A DNA stretch of 64,000 bases from Raillietiella orientalis. Lineage: Eukaryota. Below the pieces are notes generated by a model. That model did no database searches. It saw only the letters and a program-made list of their open reading frames with translations, and was not told the origin of the DNA. Each line of letters opens with the position of its first letter. Position 1 is the stretch's first letter. A program made the translations under genes and the position numbers. This document shows, in pieces, positions 25,885 to 39,964 of the stretch. The stretch is from NCBI GenBank assembly GCA_036172245.1, contig JAYWIR010000018.1, positions 744,001 through 808,000 of the forward strand, read 5' to 3'.

Positions 25885-27475
25885 ACAAATGCACTATGCT
25901 ACTTTACTTCTCAAATAAAATATTAATGGAATTGGTGGAAACTTCTCTAGTCATTTTTATAGAGACATCTGCTTAAATTCAAAACCTTCAACAAATTATC
26001 ATATAAATGCTCCAAAGTTACTATGAATTTAAGATCTGGAGATAGACACATTTTTGAATACAAAATTAATATAAGATAATAGCACAAATTAATTTGTATT
26101 CTTATGTTACCACATGTTTGCCCATTACTTATATGATTGCATTACAACTCCATTATTACAAAAAAAAAGGACTGGTTTCTGTTTACCTTGTTATATTGGA
26201 ATGAAACATTCATCAATATTGACTTTAATTCTTTGGAAACACATGCATCTCCACATGACTAACATTATAAAACAAAACAAACAGCAGTTCTGCTAGTTAT
26301 AAATTTTGTTAGTTCACCATAATAATTGACCTACACAATGAAAACATGGCACAACTTTGATGCAGCAAAGATAACAATATGAAATCTCTTGTGTGACTTA
26401 CATAAGGTTCAAACCTCACATTGCTGTACTGTGAAGATGATTTGAGTTACTACCTCTGACCTGATGAAATATCCTATTCATTTTCTACATATGTTAGAGA
26501 GATGTTAGGAAGTCTGTCATGAATATTTGGGGCTCTCCAATTTGAATAACAGTTTTAAGAGGTACAGATAAAGCATGAAATCAAAAATCTGAAAATTAAG
26601 GCAAACACTACTGTAACCCCTTAGGATCCTGAAAGATCCAAACTACCAGAATTAAAGTCTTTTGGATACCCAAGTTTTATGAAATTAAGTAGTTGAAGAA
26701 ATTTCCACATCCAGATATGATAGCACTTGCTTAACATCAAGTAGCCTGCTTAATTTATGCTTAATTAACATTCTTATGCTTAATTTCTTACTGAAGGTGC
26801 ACAGTAGGTTTCTCTCTAAACATCGTTATGTTTCTTTCTGTTGCAATAATTAATTGATAGAATAATTGTTTCCAATTTTTAAGCATTTTTGTTCCACAAT
26901 TATTTTTCCTTTGAAGACACCATCTCTGCATTTGTCTTAAGAATTTTTCCTAAACTATGGGTCAAATTCCAATATTAATGGTTTGTAACCATTGATGGCC
27001 AATAAAAAACAATAATTCATGCAGCAAGTTTTTGCAATTGCAGTAATTTAAGCATTTAGCTAAAATATTTCAGAAGCTCAACACATTCTTAATGGGTTTT
27101 GGCATTTTAGAAAGTTAAGGTTCCACCTTACATTTATGAAATTATTTTTCCACTATTTACTGAGGATTTCCTTCCATTCTTTGGATAGTATCAACTCTAA
27201 TCACAACATTCATAAAGCACTCTCTACTTTTACATGAACACCAAAAATGTTTGCAAAAAAAAATTTTTTTTTGCATTCTGCCGAATTATATCTACATTAA
27301 TATGACATGCATGAAATCCGAAAGTTTAGTTTAAAACTCCCAAATTAGCTGCAATGTTGACTTTTAATTGACAATAACTAGTGGGAATTTGTACTCAAAA
27401 CTAATGGACTCGTTAGCATTCTATGATTCTTTCATTTCTTTCCCCTACCAATTTTCCTGCTAAGAAATGACCATG

Positions 27476-27506
27476 GTAGCCCACCCTTAAAATAAGGGTG
27501 GGCTAC
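27476..27506. repeat. Perfect 14-bp inverted repeat
   Basis: GTAGCCCACCCTTA-AAA-TAAGGGTGGGCTAC. Confidence 0.9.
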
Positions 27507-30416
27507 ATTAACAACACATCAAAGCATTTTTTAATAAGCCAATGGATTTCCCATTCTTGGCATATCTTAGTTTCACTTGATTTCGATTTCACATGACTAT
27601 TTATCCTTATGAAATATAAGCATAAGCATTTTCTAAACAATTCAAAGAGCCAGCAATTTGTCAGTAACAAAACCTGCAAACTGTGTGATTCCATTCACAT
27701 CATTACGATCAACTATGTACTTTCATGGCTAAATTAACCAAACTCACTATATGTTTATCAAGGCTGCACAATACTAACATGTTTATTTTTTCATTGATAT
27801 TGCATCTTAAAATGTGCAGTGAAAGCAACTGTGGCTTTTGGATTTTTACAGATAGAATGCAAATCAATCTTGAAGTGTTAGTTACATCATTCCGTGATTT
27901 CCAATGCTTGCATGAAAGAATACTAATTTCTGAAAGACAGTTTTACCGTTCAGCATTTCACGAATTCTTTTTTTTTTGTTCTTTAATAATCAAGTGAAAT
28001 AGTGCAATTTGTGCAAAATATTAATAAGCAGTAATAAGCACCACATTTCTGTTGGGATCTTTCCTGAATGGAACTGTGATCAACCAATTCTAATACTTAT
28101 GCCACTTCATCTGCATATTTTCCAGTAAACTATAAAGAATTCAATTCTTTACAATTTCGATGTAGACTCATCCGAGAAAGTTTACATAATTTCTCAGTAC
28201 ATTAATATTCATAATCAGCCCAAAAAGAGAGAAACAAAACTGGGTGTCCTTTCACACACGATAACTTTATTACAAAATACATATTTGGATGCATTCCAGG
28301 CTGCTGCACGAAATGTTTTACTTACACCTTACATTAAAAGGCACAACAAACTATGTTCTATGAAAACGAAAACTACACTGCTAAATGTGTTCCATGTAGC
28401 TTATATTTTACGCACCATTAACACATTTCTCTTTAGTATTAATATTTTTATTTTGGGGGTCGTCAATAAGGGTTCGGAGATGACAACTGACTGCCGTTTC
28501 GCAAAAAAACTGCAGTTCTCGTCTCCTCAGTCGGGATTTGAACTCTGACCAGATTAGCACATAAATATTAGAAAACATCCATCATGCACATGAACGAAAT
28601 AAGCAAATTTAAATCTTTAGACATTATGGACGAAAGTGTTAAACAACTCGTAAAGCGGTCCTTGTACTGACAGAGCTTGATGCAAATTATTCCAAATAAT
28701 AGTAAAAAAAAATACAATACAAAAATATTACACGACAAAAAATTTCACTTTTTTAAAGTGGTCGTAAACAGGTCTCAAATTCCCAGTTTTGAGTTATAAA
28801 CTTGAAGAGCTAGTAGACTGCAATTAGCAACACTTAGCAAACATCGACTCCCACTTGAAGTCGGAAAGAACCAAACAAAATCCAGATCACAACACAATTC
28901 AAAAATTCTATCAAACTGCTAGTCATTGGAGAACAGCATTCGAATATTTTCCTCATTGCCAGTCTCAGTAATCGACAGTAAATATTCATAATAATACAGT
29001 TCCAATGTTTTTAATTCTGCTAGATTGAAACTTGAAACTTTTTTGTCTACTGTTTTGTTATTTTTAACAGATAAATAGAATCGAGTCTCTGTTGTTGTTT
29101 TCAAATTAGTTTATTTCTAGGTTGCTCATTATGTTCGCTCTCGCTTCACTATATTTAATTCGAATTCCACGAATATCTTTCGTCGACCAAGTGAAATGTG
29201 CTTATGAAATCCTCCAAAATTACTTGAATTGCACAAGGTAGGAAAAAGAAACAGGCACATCATTCTAGACAAATGATTAAAAAACAGGAAAACTGCTTAG
29301 AACCGCTCAGCTATTCATTCTTCGTCTTGTCACATCTAGTCATTTTTCTGATGCTTCTATTCACTGGATTCGTCTACAGCTGTCTCCATATTGCCATGTG
29401 ATATAGAAATTGTCTGCAACAAAGCATGACCGCGTGTCAGTCATTAAGATTTTTCATCATCTTTTTTCAATCTTTGATAGCTTTGGATGAACTCAAAGAT
29501 CCCGTTCGGTAAGAGAATTTGGATTATAGGAGTGTCATGGCCTCACTGTGGAAAGTCTTGTATCAAAAATATGTGCTATGTGATCAATCATGGAAAGAAT
29601 GAATTTAAAATAAACAATATAAAGTTCCATCTTGATGTATGACAGTACCGTTCAGATAAATCATTAACATCGTTTCGGCACAGTTTTCAAGTATTTTCAA
29701 GTGTACTGTACTGGAAGACTCCAGTCGATTATTGATATAGAATACTTGCTTGATAATTCTTAACAGTGATAAGAACCTAGAACGGCATGGTAAAAAAACA
29801 GATGCTCATCAGTTTCTAAGGAAATTTTCTTACAGCTAGTGGACTTTATGCCACGTGAATAAAATAAATCTTAATGATACTAATAGAAAACTTAGTCAGT
29901 TGTCAAGGCCAAAAAAAAACAAACATCATGCACTTCATAGATTAAAATTTCAATAGTATTTTGGGTCAGTTACAGAACTGCAAACGCAGAATATTAACAT
30001 TAAATCAGATTCGTAAAGAAACAAAATACTGGAAACCATGCATAACTAGAGAGCATTTGTAATCTGATTTGATTTTGACGAGACCACATCAAAATTAACT
30101 ACTGTTTATTGCAAGAAATAACTTCGCAATCTTTGATATTAAAATACCTTCCTTATATCACAAGATTAATAAATATCTTCTATATACTCCGACCAAACTA
30201 CAATCCTTGTCTGAAAAATAAAACCTGCATTCCTCCCAAGTTCTGATCTGAGAGATCTGTTAATAAACCTTGAGGTGTTCATGAAACGCTAATCTTGAAT
30301 CTTGAGCTACAGCCTACTAGTTTGTCAACGATTCTTTACTATTTTTTGACAACATTTCTCAATAAAATACTGAAACTGTAACCCTATAAAATTCAAACTT
30401 CTTCAGGACTGTTTAA

Positions 30417-30449
30417 AAGTTTCCATCATGAAAAATGTGATGGAAACTT
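30417..30449. repeat. Perfect 12-bp inverted repeat
   Basis: AAGTTTCCATCA-N9-TGATGGAAACTT. Confidence 0.85.
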
Positions 30450-32948
30450 CTGACAAAGGAACTTTAATGATCTTTCTTAAAAATGACTCTGAGCCGAATC
30501 AGATAGCAAATCAAACAAGAGCCACATCAAGTAGAATAACATGTGGGGCATATTTTATTTTTTTTTTGAAAGGTAAAATCTTTATTTCATCAGGCAAAAT
30601 GCCTTGAGTCGAAATGAAGCAACAAAAACTTGCTAAAGATGCATCAATTTTTCAAAGATTCTGGAAGCATGATCACTTTAACTCTAATAATGCCTACACA
30701 TTTTCGATAGTCAAAACATTTTCTCCTTTATTTGCTCAGTGCTAAGAATTTTGCATTTTCAATGATATTAATAGTAGTTTTGTCTTTTATCAAAGTTCCT
30801 GAAAGCAAATTTTCTTTTTCTACGGCAAAGTCAGAAATTAGTGTTCTCAATGTGCATACATTTTACATAAGAACACCTTCATTACGTGAGAACTGCAAAT
30901 TTAATTCATGACAAACATTTATTTTAGTAAAACATGTTCAGAGGGCTTACAATTCACAAAAGTGCTTATGTCCATTATCTTCATAGTGTTTGTACTTATT
31001 CTTTAAATACAGAAAGCGCTCACATAAAAAATTGGTATCTACATCAGCTAAACGGTTAATGAATTATGCATACCACAAGTCGTAGCATAAACATGTATTC
31101 AGATTTCTTTATTGAACAAACTTCTGCATCTGTTTTCTATCTGAATTTAAACTACTCTGTAATTTTAAATAAGCTTCTATGATCGATAATGATAGTACGC
31201 TTAGCATGATGCAGTTATTTTTCAAACCCTTTTCATTTCATCGTATCATCTCAGTGTGGAAATATTTGAAAGTTGTGTAAGCTTGAGTAGATTCTAGAAT
31301 AGCAAAAAAAAAAAAATTGAATTATTGGTTTTTACATTGTAACTGTTCATTACTTTTCCGTCTAATCGCAAAATAACATTCTGATTTCTGAGATCAGCGT
31401 ATTCTCTCATGACGCTTAAACCATAATGGAAAGCGATTATTTTTTTCAATTTGTATTGTTTTTTTTTTTCCTTTCGAAAAATCATTTCGATCATTTAAGG
31501 ATAGAGCTGTTTAATTCAAGTGTTCGTTTGAAGAACTGATTCTCATAAAGAATCCACGAAGATTGCCTACAAAGTTGAAATAGTTCACAGAAATGCAGGA
31601 CAGTCCAAACACCCTTACGTGAGGAGCCACATTTCGACACATTATAACGCAATTTGATCTTTTCTCGATTCATAATTTTTATGCTTTGTGTGTGCGCCAT
31701 GGAATTTGAAGTCGATATTTCTTTTCTCAATCAGTCATTTGTAGTTTCCTCCTAAAAAATGAGTCAGCAAGTGTAGGTCATGACCAGTTGTCAATGTGGT
31801 CCGAGACCAATACGAAATCCCAGTCGACATAATTCACCTGTCACCCACCATTCATTATAGCGTGCCATATTGGTAGTCTGTGGTAAATTTCAAAAGTTAC
31901 ACGGAGAGAAACTTTTAAAAAATATGTATTTTAACTTCACTCATAGTTCATCTCAAAATGGTATTCGTATGTGATATGATTTGAATCAACTTGATGATGC
32001 ACCGTGCCGCGGTTGTCAAGGATTGCAAAATAGAGCACGAAGCTTACTGCGGTACCTTTAATCATTAATGTGTTCATAAAATGCATCATTTGTCAGTCAT
32101 AAGATACTTTTCATTTCAACGACCGTTTTTATTGCCACGAAATCTGACTTTATGCACAATCCATAATTATCAATCATCATTTTTTTTTTTACATAGTGTG
32201 GAGAGCGAAGAAGTGAAATTGGTAGAGAAACAGACACAGAACAGGAAATTACTCAACAAGTAATGGTGTGATTAGAATTGAGCAAGATTTACTGTACGCG
32301 CAAAATTATCACGTTTTTCAGAGAATACATCTTGTAATTAAAAGTAATATGAACTATCACCATTACCCTCTTTTATTTTTTTTGCGTACTTCGTTTTTCG
32401 TCAGCAGGTCTACATCAAATATCCATGTACAAAAAACACGTCACTTTACAGTCAATGCATTATTTGTTCGCCAATTCGTTCAGCTTCAATATAAAGAATC
32501 AATTTGCTAATCAGAAATTGTGTGAGATTCTGCAAAGATAAACAGATTTAAACGTTGTGCTCGCGATGTGTACGTCTGCTAAGGAGGGCACGCTGGCTAT
32601 TATGAAGCAATAGAGAAGACCTCTAGGTGCTTCGTAAAATAGAAATTGTACTGAAGTATATTATTATCTGTAATCACTACTTTCATCCTCCAATCACATA
32701 ACGTATTTGTACATATGGCCAACTTGTTTTTTATTTGTGAAAACTTTATAATTGAGTTGATCATATACAAAACACTGGCCTTCTAGGCATGGGCTAATGG
32801 CCAAATTTGTTTCATAAAGAGCTAAGGGAAAAAGTTTTTCTTCTTCAATGCTTACATAATTTCTAGCACCGATTAATTTGCAGCACCCTTCCATAATCCG
32901 GTTTCCCAACCAGTGCCTTTATTCCTATTTCAACAACAGGAAAAAAAA

Positions 32949-35165
32949 ATGTTTGAGAAGTGTTTGCTACATGCACAGGGTAGGCATAAATTTGATTTTT
33001 GTTTTGGTTCTTTTGGGGATAGAAGGTATTTTAGGAAATGTCATTAAACTTGATTGTCCAGTGTTTCATGAATGTCCTTATATCTGTGTCCATATGTAGG
33101 TGTGAAGTCGATCACATTTGCCAAACTTTTGTATTGCACAAGAAGCAATATCTCAAAACCTCAGATTACTACCCATTATACTATCCATCCAAGAGAAAAT
33201 GATCCTCGATGGAAAGGTCAGAGTTTTGATTGTTGTATATGGCTTCAAAGAGTGTGAACAATTTTGCTCCTTAATAGATGTGTGTATGGAGCGTCAAGTT
33301 GATCATGCAGATGTAGTTATTGTTGGAGGTGGCCCTGCTGGTCTTGCAGCTGCCATTAGATTACGTCAATTATGCAAGGAAAAAAACCATGATCTGCGTG
33401 TTTGTGTGTTGGAAAAGGCTGGTGAAATTGGTGGACACATCTTGTCTGGAGCCTGTATTGAGCCAAGAGCTCTAGATGAGTTGCTGCCTCAATGGAAGAA
33501 TGAAGGTTTTCCATCACATTCTCCAGTCACAAAGGATAGCTTTGCATTTCTGACGCAAAAGAAAAGGATCCCTATACCTATTTTTCCAGGTAAGTTGTTA
33601 TTCTGGATTGCAAGCTTATGAAATTTATAGAAATTATTGAGTAGGAATGCCAATGCGCAATCATGGGAATTATATTGTACGGTTAGGTCAAGTAGTACAT
33701 TGGCTTGGAGTACAAGCAGAAGAAATGGGTGTAGAATTGTATCCAGGCTATGCAGCTGCTGAGATTTTATTTGATTCAGAGGGCCATGTCCAGGGTGTAG
33801 CCACAAATGATGTGGGTATATCCAAAGATGGCTCACCTAAGTCAAACTTTGAGAGAGGCATGGAACTGCATGCACGCTGCACAATCTTTGCTGAGGGCAC
33901 ACATGGCCACTTGGCTAAACAACTGATAAAGCATTTCAATTTAAGGAAAGATCAACAACCACAAACCTATGCTATTGGATTGAAAGAGTTGTGGGAAGTG
34001 TCACCAGAGCAGCATCATGCTGGCTGCGTGGAACATACTGTAGGCTGGCCTTTGGTTAGGTTCTGAATTTTTCTGTTCTGTTATTAAAGTCTGTTTTCAG
34101 AATCGACATACATATGGAGGGTCATTCATTTATCATTTACAAGATGGTGATCAAAAGTTGGTGGCATTAGGATTGGTCATTGGACTTGATTATGCTAATC
34201 CTTATCTGAGCCCTTATGAAGAGTTTCAGCGTTTCAAACATCATCCTTACATTTCTCAGATTCTGAATGGAGGACGTAGGTAATCTTTTCTGTTCCGTTT
34301 GCCTAATCTTTTCCTTTCATAGGATAGGATATGGTGCTCGTGCTTTGAATGAAGGAGGAGTACAGTCTTTGCCACAATTAGTCTTTCCTGGAGGATGCAT
34401 TATTGGTTGCAGTGCAGGGCTTATTAATGTTCCCAAAGTCAAAGGTTCTCACAATGCCATGAAAAGTGGCATGCTGGCTGCAGAAAGTGTATTCGATACC
34501 TTATTGAAAGTGAGACAATTCTCTCATATGGGCAACATTCCTTTTCCAGGATTCTCAAAAGTCCATCTTTCCTGTTTCTTATGAATCCCGACTACATTCT
34601 AGCTGGGTATGGAAAGAATTATGGAAAGTGCGTAATGTTAGACCATCTTTTGGCTCGTATCTGGGTTTATATGGAGGTTTATTGTATACTGGTGTCGTTT
34701 ATTCATTATTAAGGGGTCGAGAACCATGGACCTTTAAGCATAAAGGTAAGGAGGAGCATGTTGGTTTTTTTCTAGTGTTGCGAAGGTGCGGACCATGAGC
34801 AACTGCAGTCCAAAGATGTGCACAAGCCTATTGAGTATCCCAAACCTGATGGCAAGATCAGTTTTGATTTAATGACTTCTGTGGCACTTACTGGAACTAA
34901 TCATGAGCATGATCAACCACCACATCTAACGCTTAAAAGTGATGATATTCCTGCTTGCCAAAATTATCCAAGATATGAGGGTCCAGAACAGCGATTCTGT
35001 CCTGCTGGCGTCTATGAATACATTCCAGAACATGGAACTGTGCACTTTACAATCAATGCCCAAAATTGTATACATTGCAAAACTTGTGATATCAAAGATC
35101 CCAGCCAAAACATTAACTGGGTTGTGCCTGAGGGAGGTGGTGGCCCTGCTTACAATGGCATGTAA
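32949..35165 (+). CDS. ETFDH: Electron transfer flavoprotein-ubiquinone oxidoreductase, mitochondrial, 8 coding exons
   Basis: Exons: 32949-32979 (start least certain), 33100-33216 ([17 protein letters not shown]), 33278-33589 ([12 protein letters not shown]), 33645-34054, 34101-34279, 34323-34509 ([11 protein letters not shown]), 34550-34745, 34786-35165 (RFCPAGVYE...[16 protein letters not shown]...GGGPAYNGM). AATAAA at ~35177. Confidence 0.97.
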
Positions 35166-36049
35166 TTCTTCCCTCAAATAAAGTTACTAAGTTTTGACTC
35201 CAGAATAATAAAAGTGGTTTGGGAACATTTTTTCCCAAATATGTCTATTTAAAATTACTTATTTGGCAAACAGTACAGTGGATGATAAGTTCAGACTTAT
35301 CAACAACTTATCAACATTTCAGTCTTTCAGAGCTTCCTTGGTACTTTGATAATCTGAGAAAATGTGGATGAAAGTGTCTTGTTTACAGGGATGTGTTAAA
35401 AAAAATAAATGTTTGGACCCACTGATCTTATCCTAGCAAAACAGAAACTGGCAAGAGTGATCCTGAAGCAGCTTTCATCATCACCGTTGCCCTCGCAAAC
35501 ACAATCCTGCTATGCATTTATCCTATGGGTTTGCATAAAAAAAACCAGACTGTTTATAAAAGCAGAAATTACTCCAACAATCCGTGAATGTACGCCAAGG
35601 CATAGTAATACTAATCTTCTAGAGGTCTTGTGGAGCCTTCCCGAAGATTCTTCGAATCTTCTAGAGTAATCATCGCTCTTAGGACGGAGAAGTTCCTTAA
35701 GGTTCACTGAGACTTCTCGTGAGCCTCAGAATATACTCCACTGATCTGGATACAGTGGAGACTCTTGCCAAGTCTTTCCCACCGATTTTTCCTGTGCTTC
35801 ATTCTCTGCTTCCAAAGAAATAGTGGTTTTGAGGTCAGCTGCTCCTAGGTTAGAGTATGTGAGCCTACTGTTCCTTCTTTGTGCTTTGCTAGAGGAAACG
35901 AAGACGACCAATCAAAGAAGGACCGATCGAGCCATAGACTTGGGGGAAGGAAGTACCGTTTCTAGATGGCTCCAGCGTCATGAACTGAGTGGTTAGCAAA
36001 GCACTTGTACGTATGCGTACCTTTTATTTACTTTTTTTTTCGCGACTGA

Positions 36050-37600
36050 AGCATAGCACTCCAACAAGCCGGGCAAACTCCGGTAGGAATCGCAGGGGGA
36101 TGGCAGCAGCCCTGTCCGAAAGTGGCACGGGAACGCCCCTCGGAGACGCCAACCGGACAAGTGCAAGTCCCACTCCTTCACCTCCCAACACATCTCGGTT
36201 CTCCTTGGGGACCGGGATGTGACCGGTTGCCCTCCCGGGGGGTCGGATGCTGGGTCTTTCCCTTTCTTCCCCAAAGTCCTCTAAAGTTTTCCCAAACTTC
36301 AACTTCCGCCCGCTCACCGGGGAGACGATCGCTGCCTCCTCCTCCAGCCTGAGGAGTGGGGCTGCTTGGCGACACCCCGAGGCCCCTGAACACCGGAGTT
36401 CTCTTGGCGCTCTGCGCAAGGCCTCCGAAGCTCGCCGTCTCGCGAGCTTCGGAGGCTTTTCGGTAAGCGTCTGGATGGAACCCTTCGGGAGTAAGCGCAG
36501 CGACCGTAGAGACGAAAGAGCAGAGTGCTCGTCCACTGACCTCGTCTCAAAGAAACGGTCCTGCTACGTGTCGTGCCTCGAAGTGCGGGAGAGCTCACCA
36601 CTTGAACCTCTGCAGGCGTCAGCCTGGAGTTGGCTAGAGAGAAGGCCCCTCTGCCTATTCGAAATGGATACCTCAGGGAGCGTCCTTCTTGTGAAGATTC
36701 CTCTAGGGAAACACTGGAACTGTGCAGCTGCAGGGAGGCGGGAGAAGAATCCTGGTGGTTCTCGACTATCCGAGACGCAGGCAAGTCGGTGAAAAGGAAA
36801 AGGGAGGGGGGTGATGATGTCATGCAGATGAAGGAGGAAGGGAGGGAAAAGGGGAAAGGGAGGAGCATGAAGGAGGAGTCGTGTTTCCATGGTGGCTCCC
36901 CTTTTGATCCCCGTGAGAAACACAGAGCGGAGGCGAACCTTCAGAAAAATGCCAACAACTCTCAACTTTCATCCAGACAACAGCTCATTCTTTTTCCTAT
37001 GGGTGGGTGTGGGTGTATGAGTGGATGGTCCACCGGCATTGCATTCGAACCGCTCCCTGTGCAACGCTCCGGGACTGATCAAGCATAAGCCAGCGCAAAG
37101 GACTTCCACGGTACCGCTGCTCTCAGGAGAGCCTCCCGCCCCCACCTCGACCGGCGTGCGCCCCAAGGGGTCGGGCATCGACAAACCATTTCCAACGTCC
37201 CTCAGGGTCGTCTTTGCCTGAAAGACATTTTCGGGAAGTCTTTTCCGGTTCGATGCTCTCATGACTTGGACGCCTTTCACCACGGTAACCTCCTCTCGCT
37301 GCTCCATCAGCGGAGCAGCAGTGGGAAGGAGATGCCAGTCGACGATCCGAAGAAGGCCGTTAGCCTCACACCCGCTCTCGCCTCACACAATCAGAAGGCC
37401 CTTCTCGAGGAGATCCTGCCTGATCCGCGGAAAATTTCGAGAATAAAGGAGGTCGTGAGCCGAATGGATCCGCAGCCCTGACTGCAACGCTACCCTCCCT
37501 ATGCGAGAGAAAGGGAGCGGGATGGGTGGACGTCCTGAGGGAGAGCAGCAGCAAAGATACTCCTAGGGGATTGTTTAGGGCCAGCGATTCCGAGAGCTAA
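36050..37600 (-). mobile_element. Decayed APE endonuclease plus linker of L1-like ORF2
   Basis: GSVAV (like GGVAI), MSCCLD (like SRLD), PPWKHDSSF (like WKLNxSLL) and GEERERPS occur in the expected order. Confidence 0.55.
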
Positions 37601-38165
37601 TCCGCTCGGGGGAACCCCTTGGGAATTCCTCCGGAAGATGTGGTGGGACACGGGAAATTCCACGCTCCCCCTCTTCAAGCGGAGACTCTGCCCTCGCACC
37701 GGGCCTTTACGTGCAACGGTCTCCGGCACTATTAGGCCAAGAGGAGTGCCGCGCCAGGTGCGCAAACTCGTGTTCTTCGCACCTGCTATTCGGCTGCGGT
37801 GCCCTTCACCGCCGGCGGGCAGGGCACCGAGAGGCGGCTCCGTGCACCTGGGAGACACACCCGCAGTGAGGGGCCTCTTGAAGCGTGGCGAACTGCTGCC
37901 CGTCGCCATCGCAGCGACGTCTCGCCCCGTAGCCTTGGAAACGGCGAGTCACGGAGCACAGAGAAGAACGGCAGGTCAGGGAAGCCCCGCCGAGGATCAC
38001 GACGAGAGGAGCTCACTGCGCAGAAGAACCAAAGAGGAGCGAAACTCCCATTTCTGACGGGATACAGAGGACCCTCGAGGACGACCCGTGGTTCGCCAAG
38101 TACTCAAGAAGAGTTGCTGCATCCCTCAGGGACCCATCGAACAGCGTCTCCACGTGGGAGCCCGC

Positions 38166-38750
38166 TCTGGCGGCCGCGTGCCTGCTATCTCCGCTCGTGG
38201 CGCCGAACGTCGCGGGTTCGAATCCCTTACGGGGAAGGATCGAGGCCGAGAACGAGGGTGCATGTCGTGGGTTTCGAGCCCCGCTCCGCAAGATGACGCT
38301 CGTTAGCACACGAATTTCGGGTGCGGCATGGTGGAAGACGGAAACCCCTGGGTGCTCCCGTTGACTGACCGGGATTTGCAAGTTGGCCCTCCGGGGTCCT
38401 TCCAGGACATCAAGGAGCCCTTCAAAGGAACCTGTCCTGTTGCGAAGATGGAGCCCATATCTCGTACCATGGAGCTGGTGGATTGATAATGCCTCTCCAA
38501 GGTGTTAAGAAATGCTCTGCTCCCTTCGGGGAGCGACCCTCGAGACAAAATTGGGAAACGTCCCTCCTGGGTTCTCTTTAGAGCGGGAAGCAAGGAGCAG
38601 ATCCTTTCTGTGGGTTCCTTCGAAGCAGAAAGGAACGGGTCCTTTCCGGGTTCCCTCTGCGGAATAAATGAGGAGCGGTCCCCACGAACCGGGCAGTCCC
38701 CCCGGAGAGAATAAGGAAGGAGGTGATTCCCTTCGGGATCCCTTCGGGGG
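38166..38750 (+). mobile_element. tRNA-headed long SINE-like element (head plus body)
   Basis: B box GGTTCGAATCC at 38215-38225; colinear with 53378-53900. Confidence 0.75.
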
Positions 38751-38779
38751 CGTGCTTTTCCAGTGCTCCGTCTAGCCTA

Positions 38780-39960
38780 TGGTTAGGGACTCTTTCCTTG
38801 GTATTTGGTGCATCAACGGTGTCCAAGTGGCCGCACTGCTTGAGGGCACCGCAATGGGTGTTGGGAGAGAGGAGGTTAATCCTTCTCGGCAAGCAATGGA
38901 AGCGGGAGCGCCCGTCTCCACGGAATCGTCCTTTCAGGGAACGAGGAAGTGGGGTGATGTGACTGCAGCGCCATCAGCGGCATCCATGGCCGAATCGAAT
39001 GCTTACCAGGACCAGGGCTACAAGTCCTCCCTGACTTTCAAGGTAAATGGCTGGTCTGTAGGAGGCTCCTCGAGCCCCTTCGCGAGGGAGCTGCGCAAGT
39101 GTCCAAAAGGAAGACCTCGAAGGCCTTTCCATACCTGCATGAGCTGAACTGCAAAAACGCGGAGTTGGCTCAGCAACTGCTGAAGACCCCAATCCTGGTG
39201 GAAGGCCGCAAGATCTTCCCCGTGATGAAGGACCGTTCCGTAGGGGTTCACCCTAAGAGAATCACGCTCCGCATGCCCAAGAGCGCAGTGCATGAGACCC
39301 TCGAAAAGCATGGCACTGTGCAAGAGCTATGGGCCAAGCCCAGCCCCTTCGAGGGCTTTTTTAGCGGGCCGGACGCAACGTTCGTCACGGTGCGCGCGAA
39401 CGGCGGGCTTCCCCGCAAACTGAAGGTCGACAACGAAACTGGTCGATCTTTGGTACATGTAGAAGTCCAGGTGCCACTGTGGTCATTGTGATGTCACGGG
39501 ACATTTAAAAAAGAGGTGCTCGAGCATCCAGTGTCATCTTTGAGGAAACAAGGGACACATCAGGCAAATGTTCCCGGAAAGTGCATCCCCGGTCCCTAGT
39601 GCCGCAGAAATCAGGAAATGAAAGCGCGCGGACAAACCGGGAAAGAAAAAACTGAGAAAGGACGGACGACATCAGCAGCCAAAGTTGGAAGCAAAAGAGC
39701 AGCGAAAGTCGAGAACACAAATTTTCGAAGCAGCTGACACTGAAGAGGACTGGCAGGTGGTGGAGTTCAAAAAGAAGGAAAAAAAAAAAAAAGACAAAAA
39801 TGAGAATTCCACCGCCCTCGAAAAAAAAGAAAAGCCCTCAGTTCGAAAAAATCCGAAGATATAAGATGGTTATCGAGCGCGTTCCGGCAGTCGAAGGCGC
39901 CTCCACGGGAGAAAGCGCTCCCGCCGCCGGAACTTGCGAACGGGAATACTTCCTACAAGC
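38780..39960 (+). mobile_element. Frameshifted L1/Tx1-like ORF1 (RRM-like region plus CCHC zinc knuckle)
   Basis: RKWGDV, then ...VHETLEKHGTVQELW..., then CGHCDVTGHLKKRC (CX2CX4HX4C) at ~39478-39519, and a basic tail with WQVV..KKK. Confidence 0.8.
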
Positions 39961-39964
39961 GCAG

